Source of the DNA: an uncultured Spirochaetales bacterium
Lineage (GTDB): Bacteria > Spirochaetota > Spirochaetia > JAFGDJ01
NCBI GenBank assembly: GCA_964410865.1
Contig: CAYPIQ010000006.1
Span: forward strand, 36,865 to 100,864
Length of the DNA: 64,000 bases
Reading direction: 5' to 3'
Shown: in pieces, positions 19,719-29,505 of the stretch
Numbering within the stretch: position 1 is the first letter of the stretch
Layout of the letters: the number at the start of each line of letters is the position of its first letter
Notes under the pieces: model-generated
Databases searched by the model: none
Told to the model about the DNA's origin: nothing
The model's input: only the letters and a program-made list of their open reading frames with translations
Translations under genes and position numbers: made by a program

Positions 19719-21938
19719 TTATGGATTTTTTAGAATATCAACCAGTTCGTGCAGGGTTTTCGGCTTCACTCCCGGCAACCGCTTGAATAATCCCGGGGAG
19801 ATAATCCAGCACCTGTGACCCGACCGCTTTCGCCCGAAGTCCGGTGCACCGGTAAGCTTAGTGATCTCCAGGGCGTCTAATCCCGATATGTTCTCGGGTG
19901 ACAGAATAAAACGCCGTGCGTGGGTAGAAAAGATAAGGTATCCTCCCTTTTCCAGTGTCTCCGAGGCCCGTGTGATAAGGGCTGCATAATCACGCTGAAG
20001 ATCAAAGGTCCCCCTTCTGTCCTTGGAATTGGAAAACGTGGGAGGGTCTATAAGAATGAGTCCGTATCTTTCCCGGTTTTCGCGGAGGAATTCAAAACAA
20101 TCCTGTCGGGCCATACGATGCCTTTCCCCCTGGAAACCGTTATTAAGAAGGTTGTCCCCGGTCCAGTCCAGGTAGGTCCTGGAAGTATCCACGCTCATTG
20201 TTCTTGATGCCCCGCCGGCGGCGGCATATACGGTAGCGGTACCGGTATATGCAAAGAGGTTAAGAAATGATGCGCCCGGTGAGAGCAGTCGGACAAGGGT
20301 GCGTATATACCGGTGATCTGGGAAAATACCCGTGTCCAGATAATCCTGGAGGTTTATGTAAAAACGCAGGCCGTTTTCCTCTATTTCATAGCGTTCGGCC
20401 GTTTGCGCGTATTTATCATACTGTGAAGCCCCCCTCTGCCGCCGGCGGATCTGCAGGACGAGGTCTTGCCGTCCCAGTCCCAGTTCCTGCCGTATAACCG
20501 CACATGCTTCCTTTAACCTTCCGGCGGCGGTCGATTTTTCAATTTCCCGGGGGGGAGCATATTCCTGTACATATACGCGCCTTTTGCCGTACACGTCTTC
20601 GTATACATCAAGAGCCAGGGCGTATTCCGGCATGTCGGCGTCATAGAGACGATAACATGAAACAGCTTCTTCCCGTCTCCACCTTTCGAGGCGCTTTCTG
20701 TTTTTTCGTAGGCGGTTTCGGAACATCTCCGCCCCGGTCGAGAGAGACGCTTCGGCCTGTTCTTTCAGTTCCATGCGCTTATCGGTGCTGAAAATATGGA
20801 AACGATAGAGGGTGCATTGAATGGGGCCGTTGTAGATAATGTTTTTTCTATCGGCCTTCATGCCGGCGGCCGATTCAAACCGGTCGTCCGGTGACAGTAT
20901 CGCCGCATTCCATCCGGGAAAGGAGGTTCGTAGGGTTGTACCGATAACGGCGGGAAGCCTGTCGCCGGCACTGCTTCCTAGGCGTATTCCATAGGGCGGA
21001 TTTGTTACCACCAGCCCTGTCCGCCCGGGGCACGGATTTTCGAGCGTTCTGATGGAACGCTTGCTGAAGGTGATTTTCCCGGCAAGTCCCGCGGCCGCGG
21101 TATTTTCTTCTGCGCCTTCCAGGGATTTCTTCTGGATATCGAAGCCGTAAAGCGGCGGAATTCGCGATAGCCCCTGTTGTCTCCGTTTTTCCGCTTCCTT
21201 TGTAATACCTCCCCAAAGACCGGGGCTGAAGCCCTTCCAGGATATGAATCCGTACTGACGGCGGAGGAGACCCGGTGCTATGTCCCCTGCCATCAGAGCG
21301 GCTTCGATGAGTATTGTTCCGGAACCGCACATCGGGTCCACCAGAGGTCGGTTTTCCTTCATGCAGGTTTCCCAGTGCGCCCGCAGGAGAATGGCCGCGG
21401 CAACAGTCTCCTTCAAGGGGGCGTCTCCGCCGATCAACCTGTAGCCCCTGCGGTGAAGCCCGCCGCCGGAAATATCCAGTGATACGGTGGCTTCTCCCCG
21501 CTCTACATGTACGTGAACGATTATATCGGGATTCTTCCCGTCTACCGAAGGCCTTTTGCCGGTACGGCCGCGAAAATAATCGGCAATACCGTCCTTCGCT
21601 TTCAGGGCGGTAAAGTCCGGCGTATCAGGAAACCGTTTCCCGGTAATGGAAGCCTGGACAGCGAAAGAAGAGGAGGGATCGAAGTGATCCGTCCAGTCGA
21701 TACCTCCGGTAATGCCGTATACCTCCCCGGCGGATTCCGCGGGGGCGGCAGCCAGTTCGAGGTACACCCTCGAAGCCGTCCGGGACCACATGCAGACCCT
21801 GTACGCGGTTTCATCAGTTCCGGAAAACCGGACCCCGGCCGGTCGTCGGACAGTATTCCGGCCGCCCAGTGTGGTAATCTCGGCTTCAAGAAGATCTTCG
21901 ATATGCCTGGAACATGAAGCAAAAAAAATGTGGTTCAT
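19719..21938 (-). CDS. rlmL: Bifunctional 23S rRNA (guanine2445-N2 / guanine2069-N7) methyltransferase RlmKL
   Basis: A 739-aa protein with THUMP plus two SAM-methyltransferase modules ('PMCGSGTILIEAA', 'VVTNPPYG', 'LNLFAYTGTATVYAA', 'IDPPTFSNS') and the RlmK-type C-terminal 'HRCW'. Confidence 0.85.
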   Translation of the reverse strand: MNHIFFASCSRHIEDLLEAEITTLGGRNTVRRPAGVRFSGTDETAYRVCMWSRTASRVYLELAAAPAESAGEVYGITGGIDWTDHFDPSSSFAVQASITGKRFPDTPDFTALKAKDGIADYFRGRTGKRPSVDGKNPDIIVHVHVERGEATVSLDISGGGLHRRGYRLIGGDAPLKETVAAAILLRAHWETCMKENRPLVDPMCGSGTILIEAALMAGDIAPGLLRRQYGFISWKGFSPGLWGGITKEAEKRRQQGLSRIPPLYGFDIQKKSLEGAEENTAAAGLAGKITFSKRSIRTLENPCPGRTGLVVTNPPYGIRLGSSAGDRLPAVIGTTLRTSFPGWNAAILSPDDRFESAAGMKADRKNIIYNGPIQCTLYRFHIFSTDKRMELKEQAEASLSTGAEMFRNRLRKNRKRLERWRREEAVSCYRLYDADMPEYALALDVYEDVYGKRRVYVQEYAPPREIEKSTAAGRLKEACAVIRQELGLGRQDLVLQIRRRQRGASQYDKYAQTAERYEIEENGLRFYINLQDYLDTGIFPDHRYIRTLVRLLSPGASFLNLFAYTGTATVYAAAGGASRTMSVDTSRTYLDWTGDNLLNNGFQGERHRMARQDCFEFLRENRERYGLILIDPPTFSNSKDRRGTFDLQRDYAALITRASETLEKGGYLIFSTHARRFILSPENISGLDALEITKLTGAPDFGRKRSGHRCWIISPGLFKRLPGVKPKTLHELVDILKNP

Positions 21939-22573
21939 GGTGTATTATACTAACTTGATGAATTGAATAAATAGATATACCAGGTTTTTCGGGAGGAATA
22001 TTAGGGATACATATATCGCGTATGGTAAAAAGATAGCTGAAACCCCGTGTTCTTTCGGAAACCACGAACGCTTGTGCTGCCGTTGATTTGAATTATCTTT
22101 CCGGGTCCTTCAGCCGGAGGTCTACCTGCGAAGCCTGGATCAAACCCTTGACCCCGCCACCTGAAAACAACAGTTCTGGGGCAGCGGAAGAATCGTATCC
22201 GCGGTGGACCTGTATGGGGAGATACGCTTTCTTCAGTAAGGGAAGAATATCGGTGCGGTGCTCGCCATGCTGGATTTGGAGCTGTAAGGATTACAGGAGA
22301 AGTTCCGGGCGGTTGTAACGCAGGAAGTCCGGGATCTCGAGGGTATAACAGCTGTTCTGGTAAATATAAATAAGTGAATATTTTCTTCAAATCCTCATTT
22401 TTCATTTTTGAGCAATTATATTTATTTTCTCCATTTAATAGTTAGAAGAGAGTTAAAAATACATGTTTTTTTCCTCTAAGAGTTTCTTGGTTGAATAATA
22501 TTTTACTTCAATACTGGTACTTCAATACCGGCGTGGATTATTCAAATGCTATCAGTAAAGGAAGGTTATAAAT

Positions 22574-23356
22574 ATGATACGAGAATTGTATATTTTCGGA
22601 GGACGGAACAAGTCCGGTGATATGGAACCCCTCAGAGAGTTGAACATTCGTGCGGGAGAAATAATTGGAATAGTTGGGCCCACCGGAAGCGGAAAGAGTT
22701 CACTTATAGCGGATATAGAACAGTTGGCTCAGGAAGATACCCCTACAAAACGAAAAATACTTGTGAATGGACACGTACCGGACCAGGAATTGAGAAACTC
22801 CACCCGTAAAAAAATTGTTGCTCAACTTTCACAGAATATGCATTTCTTCGCCAATATGACGGTTTTCGAGTTTATTCAACTACATGCTAAGTGCAGAGAC
22901 AAACCGGGGTCGGTAATCAACAGGGTTATTGACCTGGCAAATACCCTGACTGGAGAACCTTTACAACCGGCGGACGAGCTCAGCATGTTGAGCGGAGGAC
23001 AATCCCGGGCATTAATGGTCGCCGATATCTCTCTGATCAGCGACTCACCGATTGTACTTATAGACGAGATAGAAAACGCCGGTATAAAGAAGCACGAAGC
23101 CCTTCAGATCCTCGCCGGACATGGGAAGATTGTTCTGGTGGTTACTCATGATCCCGTTCTTGCTCTCCTGGCGTCGAGGAGAATTATTATGAAGAACGGG
23201 GGAATGATAGGCATGGTAGATACCAACGGACTGGAACAGAAGGTTGTATCGCGATTAAACGAATTTGATTGCTGGTTGCTCTCCCTCCGGGATCAGGTGC
23301 GAAGGGGTGAGCGAATCGAGAACTTATCTTTAGTGTCTCCGGAAGTCGGTTCATGA
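22574..23356 (+). CDS. Orphan ABC-type ATPase (transporter-like NBD fold with no permease partner)
   Basis: Walker A 'GPTGSGKSS', signature 'LSGGQSRAL', Walker B 'IVLIDEIE' and H-loop 'VTHD' are present; the length is 260 aa, it is preceded by a roughly 630-bp AT-rich non-coding stretch, and its stop overlaps the next start (ATGA). Confidence 0.7.
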   Translation: MIRELYIFGGRNKSGDMEPLRELNIRAGEIIGIVGPTGSGKSSLIADIEQLAQEDTPTKRKILVNGHVPDQELRNSTRKKIVAQLSQNMHFFANMTVFEFIQLHAKCRDKPGSVINRVIDLANTLTGEPLQPADELSMLSGGQSRALMVADISLISDSPIVLIDEIENAGIKKHEALQILAGHGKIVLVVTHDPVLALLASRRIIMKNGGMIGMVDTNGLEQKVVSRLNEFDCWLLSLRDQVRRGERIENLSLVSPEVGS

Positions 23357-23805
23357 GGCTGATTATTGTAGCCGGAACTCCGGGTTCAGGAAAAACATCA
23401 ATTCTCATCCATGTACTGAAACGTCTTACTGAAGCGGGATCGCGGCCTTCAATTATAAAGATAGACTGTTTGTATACCGGCGACGACGCGCGGTTCAGGA
23501 AACTGGGGATTCCTGTCAGGGTTGGGTTATCCAAGGATGTCTGCCCTGATCATTTTACCATCTAAATAATGAATCCAGGATGTAGAATTGTAAACGCCAA
23601 TGGCACGACCGGACAAGGGGCCACGGAGATAGTCGGAATCATACAAACGGGCGGAGATATAGTAGATATAACCGAAGAGAGACTTCGGCATAACGCGCCA
23701 CTTTGTGTATGCACCCTTTGTGTCGGTGAAACAAGGGTCGGGAAGGCGTATCACCGGGGAATACTTCGCAGAATAGACGGGTTCGAGACCTATCTGGGAG
23801 AATAA
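23353..23805 (+). CDS. P-loop NTPase-like protein interrupted by one in-frame TAA (70-aa and 78-aa ORFs in the same frame)
   Basis: Walker A '[10 protein letters not shown]' lies at the N-terminus; TAA at 23563-23565 is in frame with the downstream '[22 protein letters not shown]...' (23569-23805). It may be a pseudogene, a sequencing error, or two genuine small ORFs. Confidence 0.45.
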
Positions 23806-24491
23806 TGGAGAATACTAATAAAAGGACAATCGAATCACTTGTTCAAATTCTTCCCGGATATAATTGCGGTGTCTGCGGTTTTGTCCGGTGTGATATGTTC
23901 GCCAAAGCGTTGCTGGAGGAGAAAACGACGATTGATCTTTGTAAACCACTCATGCAGGAGAGGTTTGTGGGGAAAAGAAGGGCAATCCAGGAAATACTCA
24001 CCGGTAAAACCACCAGGATACCCAAAGCTGTACCAGGAGGTGTGATTGACAAGTATGAAGCCGACTTTATTCTGAAACCCCTGGAGGGTGAAACCTCATG
24101 TCGGGAGATGCTTCACATCTTCGCGCCGATACATATTACCGCCGGTGACATAATTCGCTACAGACCCCTGGGATGCCCGATAACCCATATTGCGGAGGTT
24201 GTCGCGATGAAGATGGGGTTGGCGACAGTTAGGATCATTGGACCGCGGAACCGAATGGGTGAGCAGTTAACAATAAAAGAGGCAGGTATTTGTTTGGTCC
24301 TTGGTTTTGAAGGCACCGTTTCAGGAGATTTGCCTTCGGTGGGAGCCACTGTTCGGTTTGTACCCGGTGAGTGTATGATGCAAAAAGTTCATTCCGGTGT
24401 AATTGTTGGTTGTGAAGGACACCGCGTGGTGATGGAATGTGTCGATCTCAAGGTATGGGCTCCACCGGTTTCCCTACCGGAAACCGAGTAA
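23805..24491 (+). CDS. Fe-S protein with an RnfB-N-terminal-type cluster-binding domain (CxxCxxxxC...C) plus an uncharacterised C-terminal domain
   Basis: The motif 'LPGYNCGVCGFVRCDMFAKALLEEKTTIDLC' matches the RnfB/CFeSP 'FeS' domain pattern; the length is 228 aa and the start overlaps the upstream stop (TAATG). Confidence 0.6.
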   Translation: MENTNKRTIESLVQILPGYNCGVCGFVRCDMFAKALLEEKTTIDLCKPLMQERFVGKRRAIQEILTGKTTRIPKAVPGGVIDKYEADFILKPLEGETSCREMLHIFAPIHITAGDIIRYRPLGCPITHIAEVVAMKMGLATVRIIGPRNRMGEQLTIKEAGICLVLGFEGTVSGDLPSVGATVRFVPGECMMQKVHSGVIVGCEGHRVVMECVDLKVWAPPVSLPETE

Positions 24492-24520
24492 GAGATGCCC
24501 CTGTTTCGTTATGGGATATT

Positions 24521-24562
24521 TAAAAAAAAGGGGCCGCCTTACTTCTAAGAAAGCCCCCTTTG
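24521..24562. terminator. Bidirectional hairpin terminator between the convergent Fe-S gene and the pyruvate:ferredoxin oxidoreductase gene
   Basis: An A-run, the hairpin 'aaggggccgcc...agccccctt' and a T-run; the stem is imperfect. Confidence 0.45.
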
Positions 24563-24582
24563 GAATAAGAATTATTCAAGAA

Positions 24583-27500
24583 TCAGTACTGCCGGTCGGC
24601 CAGGTACTTGTAGGTTTCCCACTGGTCCTTTACGTCCTTCCTGACCTTGTTCAAGAGCATCTCGGCCCTTTCCGGGCTGCTCTGTTTAAGGCCCCGGAAA
24701 CGAATCTCGTTGTACATGTATTCGGCTATGTCTACCGACGGCTCTTTATAATCCAGGGTCAGCGGGTTCTTACCCTCCGCCAGGTTGTCCGGATTATACC
24801 GGTACAGCGGCCAGGCGCCGGAGTTGACGGCCAGTTTTTGCTGATCCATGCCCAGGGTCATATTGATGCCGTGATTGATACAGTGGCTGTATGCAATGAT
24901 CAACGACGGGCCGTCGTAGGCCTCGGCTTCCAGGAAGGCTTTGATCGTCTGCATTCTGTTGTATCCCATGGCAACCTGTGCCACATACACGTATCCATAA
25001 CTCATGACCATCATTCCCAGGTCTTTTTTCTTGACGCCCTTCCCCGCGGCGGCAAACTTGGCGGTGGCGCCCATCGGGGTTGCCTTGGACATCTGGCCGC
25101 CGGTATTGGAATATACACCGGTGTCTAGCACCAGGGCGTTGACGTTTCTTCCCGAAGCCAGCACGTGGTCGAGACCGCCATACCCGATGTCATATGCCCA
25201 GCCGTCTCCGCCCAGGATCCATACGCTGCGGCGTATCAGATAATCTGCCACCGAGAGAAGCTCCGCGGCATCGGGGTCTTCGCTCTTTTCAAGCTGCCTT
25301 TTCAGCTCGTCCACCCAGGATCTCTGGTTTTCTATCTCTACCTGCTCCTTCTGGGGGTTATCCTTTATTTTCTTGAGCAGGTCGGTGTCGATGCCCTTCG
25401 GTTTAGAAGACACCAGGCGGTCCAGGAGCTCCCCGGAATAGGTAACCATCCTATCGGCGGTGAGCCTCATGCCCATACCGAATTCCGCGGCGTCTTCGAA
25501 CAGAGAATTTGACCAGGCCGGTCCACGTCCGTCCTCTCGCCTGGTATACGGCGTAGTGGGCAGATTTCCACCGTAAATGGAAGAGCACCCTGTGGCGTTG
25601 GCTATAACGGCCCGGTCACCGAAAAACTGGCTCAGCAGCTTTACGTAGGGCGTTTCGCCGCAGCCGGCACAGGCCCCCGAGAATTCGAACAGCGGCTGGA
25701 GCAACTGGCTGCCCTTGGTGGTATGCCGTTTGATAAGAGAAGCATCGGTGTTGGGGATAGAGAGGAAGTAATTCCAGTTTTCGACCTCCTGATCCCTCAA
25801 GGGGAGCTGAGTCTCCATATTGATGGCCTTTTCTTCCGTTTTTTCTCCGTTAACCTTCTTGTACGCGGGGCAGATATTCACGCAGGAACCGCAGCCGGTA
25901 CAGTCCTCGGGGGCTACCTGGAGGGTGAATTTCATCCCGGAGAATTCTTTGCCCTTGGCGTCGGTGCTCTTGAAGGTTTCGGGAGCATCTTCCAGGTACT
26001 TCGGGTCGTAGACCTTCATCCGGATAACCGCGTGGGGACAAACGGTCGAACAGTCCCCGCACTGGATACAAGTATCCGGATCCCAGACAGGAATATTTTC
26101 GGCGATGTTGCGTTTCTCGTACTTTGTTGTACCGGTGGGATAGGTGCCGTCTTCCGGTAACTTGGATACGGGGATTTCCGTACCCCGAAAGGCGATTATT
26201 TCGCCGGTGACTTCCTTGACGAAGTCCGGGGCGTCATCAGGAACCGGGGGAATCATGTGGATGGTTCCGCCGGTTTCCTTCGGGTAGTTCACTTCTTCTA
26301 TCCTGGTTCTGGCCGCTTCAATGGCATCCATATTCAGTTTGACAATGTCGGAGCCCTTGGAGCCGTAGGTGTCTTCCACTGATTTTCTGATGAGTTCCAG
26401 GGCTTTATCTTCAGATAGGATGCCGGAAATGAGAAAGAAGGCGGTTTGCATTATCGTGTTGATTCTGCCCCCGAGCCCGATATTCTGGGCGATATTGATG
26501 GCGTCTATGACATAGAATCGTAATTTCTTGTCGATGATCGCCTGCTGGACTTCTACCGGAATATTTTCCCAGACCTCGTCTGCGCCGAAGGGGGCATTGA
26601 GCAGGAATACGCCTCCTACATCGGCGTATTTAAGCATGTCGTATTTTTCGAGAAAAGAGAATTTATGGCAAGCGACGAATTGGGCTTTCTGAATGAGATA
26701 GCTCGATTTGATTGGACGTTTACCGAAGCGCAGGTGGCTGGTCGTCATGGCGCCCGCTTTTTTCGAGTCGTATACAAAGTACCCCTGGGCGTAGTTTTCC
26801 GTGGCCTTACCGATAATCTTTATCGAGTTCTTGTTTGCGCTTACGGTTCCGTCCGAACCGAGACCGAAGAAAACCGCGCGGTGAACATCCTCCGGTTCTA
26901 TGGAGAGGTCCTTGTCCCATTCAAGGCTGGTAAAGGTACGATCGTCATGAATACCGACGGTAAAATGATTCATGGGAGATTCTTTTTTCAGGTTGTTGAA
27001 TACCGAAATAGCCATGGCGGCGGTAAACTCGTTGGACCCGAGACCGTAGCGTCCGCCGACGATAACGGGGTAGTCTGAGAAGGGTGCTTTTCCGGAGGCC
27101 ATTACTTCACCCACGGCGGTGCGAACATCTTCGTACAGCGGTTCGCCCAGGGCTCCCGGTTCCTTTGTCCTGTCCAGGACGGCTATTTTTTGTGCCGTCG
27201 CAGGAAGGGCCGCCACGAGGGCTTCGGTGTCGAAGGGACGGAAAAGCCGCACCTTTATCATTCCGACTTTTTCGCCCTTACCCGAGAGGTATTCGACTGT
27301 CTCCTCCACCGTGTCGGCGGAACTCCCCATGAGGATGACCACTCGTTCGGCGTCCGGTGCCCCCAGGTAGTCGAACAACCGGTATTGCCGCCCGGTAAGA
27401 GAGGCGAAACGGTCCATCATATCCTGTACATGCTTCGGTGCCTCCAGGTAGTACTTGTTGACGGTTTCCCGGGCGGCAAAAAACACGTCCGGATTCTGGC

Positions 27501-28164
27501 TGGTCCCGCGGAGTGCGGGATTCTCCGGATTAAGCCCCCGCTTTCTGTGGGCTCGTACAAGGTCGTCGTCTATCATTTTACGAAGGACCGATTCGGGAAT
27601 TTCTTCGACCTTACTTATTTCATGGCTTATCCTGAAACCGTCGAAGAAATGTAAAAAGGGCACCCGCGACTTAAGAGTCGCAGCCTGGGAAATTAACCCG
27701 AGGTCCAGTACTTCCTGCACGGAATTGGAGGCAATAAGCCCGAATCCCGTGGACCGCGCCGCCATAACGTCGGAATGATCGCCGAAGATGGACAGGGCCT
27801 GGCAAGCCACTGACCTGGCGGCAATATGAAAGACCGTCGGGGTGAGTTCCCCGGCAATCTTGAACATATTGGGCAGCATCAGGAGAAGCCCCTGGGATGC
27901 GGTAAAGGTTGTTGTTAAAGCGCCGGTGGTCAGAGCACCGTGAACGGCGCCGGAAGCTCCGCCTTCCGATTGCATTTCGATAACATCCGGGATGGTGCCC
28001 CAGATGTTCTTTTTGCCCTGCGCGGAGTAGAGGTCTGCGAGTTCCCCCATGGGAGAAGAGGGGGTTATCGGATAAATAGCTATAACCTCGTTGGTTGGAT
28101 GAGCAACCATGGCAGCGGCAGTGTTCCCGTCAATTGTAATCATGTTTTTATCAGACATATTCAA
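24583..28164 (-). CDS. Pyruvate:ferredoxin (flavodoxin) oxidoreductase, single-chain PFOR/NifJ type
   Basis: A 1193-aa protein with conserved PFOR N-terminal ('IDGNTAAAMVAHPTNEVIAIYPITPSS'), two 4Fe-4S ferredoxin motifs ('CIQCGDCSTVCPHAVIR', 'CTGCGSCVNICPA') and the TPP-binding C-terminal domain ('GGDGWAYDIGYGGLDHV'). Confidence 0.95.
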   Translation of the reverse strand: MNMSDKNMITIDGNTAAAMVAHPTNEVIAIYPITPSSPMGELADLYSAQGKKNIWGTIPDVIEMQSEGGASGAVHGALTTGALTTTFTASQGLLLMLPNMFKIAGELTPTVFHIAARSVACQALSIFGDHSDVMAARSTGFGLIASNSVQEVLDLGLISQAATLKSRVPFLHFFDGFRISHEISKVEEIPESVLRKMIDDDLVRAHRKRGLNPENPALRGTSQNPDVFFAARETVNKYYLEAPKHVQDMMDRFASLTGRQYRLFDYLGAPDAERVVILMGSSADTVEETVEYLSGKGEKVGMIKVRLFRPFDTEALVAALPATAQKIAVLDRTKEPGALGEPLYEDVRTAVGEVMASGKAPFSDYPVIVGGRYGLGSNEFTAAMAISVFNNLKKESPMNHFTVGIHDDRTFTSLEWDKDLSIEPEDVHRAVFFGLGSDGTVSANKNSIKIIGKATENYAQGYFVYDSKKAGAMTTSHLRFGKRPIKSSYLIQKAQFVACHKFSFLEKYDMLKYADVGGVFLLNAPFGADEVWENIPVEVQQAIIDKKLRFYVIDAINIAQNIGLGGRINTIMQTAFFLISGILSEDKALELIRKSVEDTYGSKGSDIVKLNMDAIEAARTRIEEVNYPKETGGTIHMIPPVPDDAPDFVKEVTGEIIAFRGTEIPVSKLPEDGTYPTGTTKYEKRNIAENIPVWDPDTCIQCGDCSTVCPHAVIRMKVYDPKYLEDAPETFKSTDAKGKEFSGMKFTLQVAPEDCTGCGSCVNICPAYKKVNGEKTEEKAINMETQLPLRDQEVENWNYFLSIPNTDASLIKRHTTKGSQLLQPLFEFSGACAGCGETPYVKLLSQFFGDRAVIANATGCSSIYGGNLPTTPYTRREDGRGPAWSNSLFEDAAEFGMGMRLTADRMVTYSGELLDRLVSSKPKGIDTDLLKKIKDNPQKEQVEIENQRSWVDELKRQLEKSEDPDAAELLSVADYLIRRSVWILGGDGWAYDIGYGGLDHVLASGRNVNALVLDTGVYSNTGGQMSKATPMGATAKFAAAGKGVKKKDLGMMVMSYGYVYVAQVAMGYNRMQTIKAFLEAEAYDGPSLIIAYSHCINHGINMTLGMDQQKLAVNSGAWPLYRYNPDNLAEGKNPLTLDYKEPSVDIAEYMYNEIRFRGLKQSSPERAEMLLNKVRKDVKDQWETYKYLADRQY

Positions 28165-28250
28165 TCCTTATCCTTAAAAGTTACGATTTCATTAAAGTAT
28201 AGGCCGATCTTCTAGTTTGTTCAAGGAAACCGGAAGGCCGAAACGGCATT

Positions 28251-29495
28251 TTATGCCGGATATCGGAGCCATTTGAGAATTTCTCCGAAACTGAAGCGTT
28301 TACCGGTCATCAGGATTCCCACCCGGAATATCTTCGCCGCCCCGTAGATCGTCAGCAGTATTGTGGCTGTGAGAATCCCGAAACACAGCCCCAGTTCCCA
28401 GGCCTTCGGCATGGATACCAGCACCCGGGTAAACATCACCACCGGGGCGGTAAGGGGAAAGTAGGAAAGTACCTGGGTGAAGGTGGATGCCGGGTTCATG
28501 ACGATGGGTGATATCATCACCATGGGTATGACGAGAAATATAATGAGGGGCCAGGCGAGCTGTCCGAGATTCTGTTCGTCCTCCGCCACCGAACCCAGGG
28601 CGGCATAGGCCCCGGAGTAGATCAGAAAGGCGGCAACGAAGAAAAGTACCAGGAACACCAGGTTTGTAGTGTTCAGGGCTTCCGGCAGGTTCAACTCCAG
28701 GGCGGGTCCGACCACCTTGATCATCAAGAGACCCATACCGATCCACACGGCGTATTGCAGCAGACCGGCGGCTCCCAGGCCGAAGATCTTTCCGAACATA
28801 ATCTGGTTCGGTTTGGCGGAGGACAGGATAATTTCCACGGTTTTCGAGGTCTTCTCGGTAATCACCGAACGGCCGATCATCTGGCCGTAGAGAAGGATGG
28901 TCATGTAGAGCATCATAATAAAGGCAATGGAGGTCATGATGATGCTGAAGAAGTCCTGATCCTGTTCTTCACCACCCTTGCTTACCTTTTTTACCTCCAG
29001 GCTCGGCATAGACGAGATCTGCCGTATCTGTTCCGGTTCGAACCCTGCTTCCCGCATACGCTGGGATACAGCCAAGTTACCCAGGACCGCCCTTAAGGTT
29101 TCGGAGACCGCCACATCGGTTCCCGTTTTGGAATAGTACTGGAACACCCGGGCGTTGGTCAGGTCTTCCGGTATGACCAGGACCCCCTGCATGGTCTCCT
29201 CTTCCAGGACCCGCTGCTTCATGGATTCAAGGTCGGAACCTTCTTCTATTATAATACCGTCCTTATCCACCGCCGACTGCAGGATGGCCGTTATCTGCGG
29301 ACTGGAACCAACGACCCCGATCCTGGTGCCCTCTTTCACCATGTTCACCCGGGTTGACAGCAGGCTGGGCAGCACAGCCACGGCCAGGATAAGGAAGGGG
29401 CCGAGGATGGTAATGATGATGAAAGCCTTGGTGGATGTGATTCCGCTGAACTCGTGTCGGGCAATGGTAAGCATCTTGTTCCGTTTCGTACTCAT
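28251..29495 (-). CDS. ABC-2 family exporter permease
   Basis: A 414-aa protein with an N-terminal transmembrane helix, a large extracytoplasmic loop and five C-terminal transmembrane helices; it is adjacent to its ATPase. Confidence 0.75.
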   Translation of the reverse strand: MSTKRNKMLTIARHEFSGITSTKAFIIITILGPFLILAVAVLPSLLSTRVNMVKEGTRIGVVGSSPQITAILQSAVDKDGIIIEEGSDLESMKQRVLEEETMQGVLVIPEDLTNARVFQYYSKTGTDVAVSETLRAVLGNLAVSQRMREAGFEPEQIRQISSMPSLEVKKVSKGGEEQDQDFFSIIMTSIAFIMMLYMTILLYGQMIGRSVITEKTSKTVEIILSSAKPNQIMFGKIFGLGAAGLLQYAVWIGMGLLMIKVVGPALELNLPEALNTTNLVFLVLFFVAAFLIYSGAYAALGSVAEDEQNLGQLAWPLIIFLVIPMVMISPIVMNPASTFTQVLSYFPLTAPVVMFTRVLVSMPKAWELGLCFGILTATILLTIYGAAKIFRVGILMTGKRFSFGEILKWLRYPA

Positions 29496-29505
29496 GGCTT
29501 TCCTC

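Noticed and set aside
22001-22405. 134-aa minus-strand ORF, and a patatin-like 'GGGVKG' fragment, in the 630-bp AT-rich gap
   Set aside because: Low-complexity translation with no start context. The GGGxKG-like string is isolated in a frame that breaks after about 25 codons, so it is treated as non-coding or very old debris.
22574-23356. ABC ATPase as a defence-system component (OLD/Gabija/PARIS/Septu-type)
   Set aside because: It is a compact transporter-type nucleotide-binding domain (Q-loop, LSGGQ, H-loop; 260 aa) with no coiled-coil insertion and no nuclease (TOPRIM/HNH) partner. Its neighbours are Fe-S or P-loop proteins rather than defence genes.
23563-23565. Selenocysteine recoding at the in-frame stop
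   Set aside because: The codon is TAA, not TGA, and no SECIS-like hairpin is apparent downstream.
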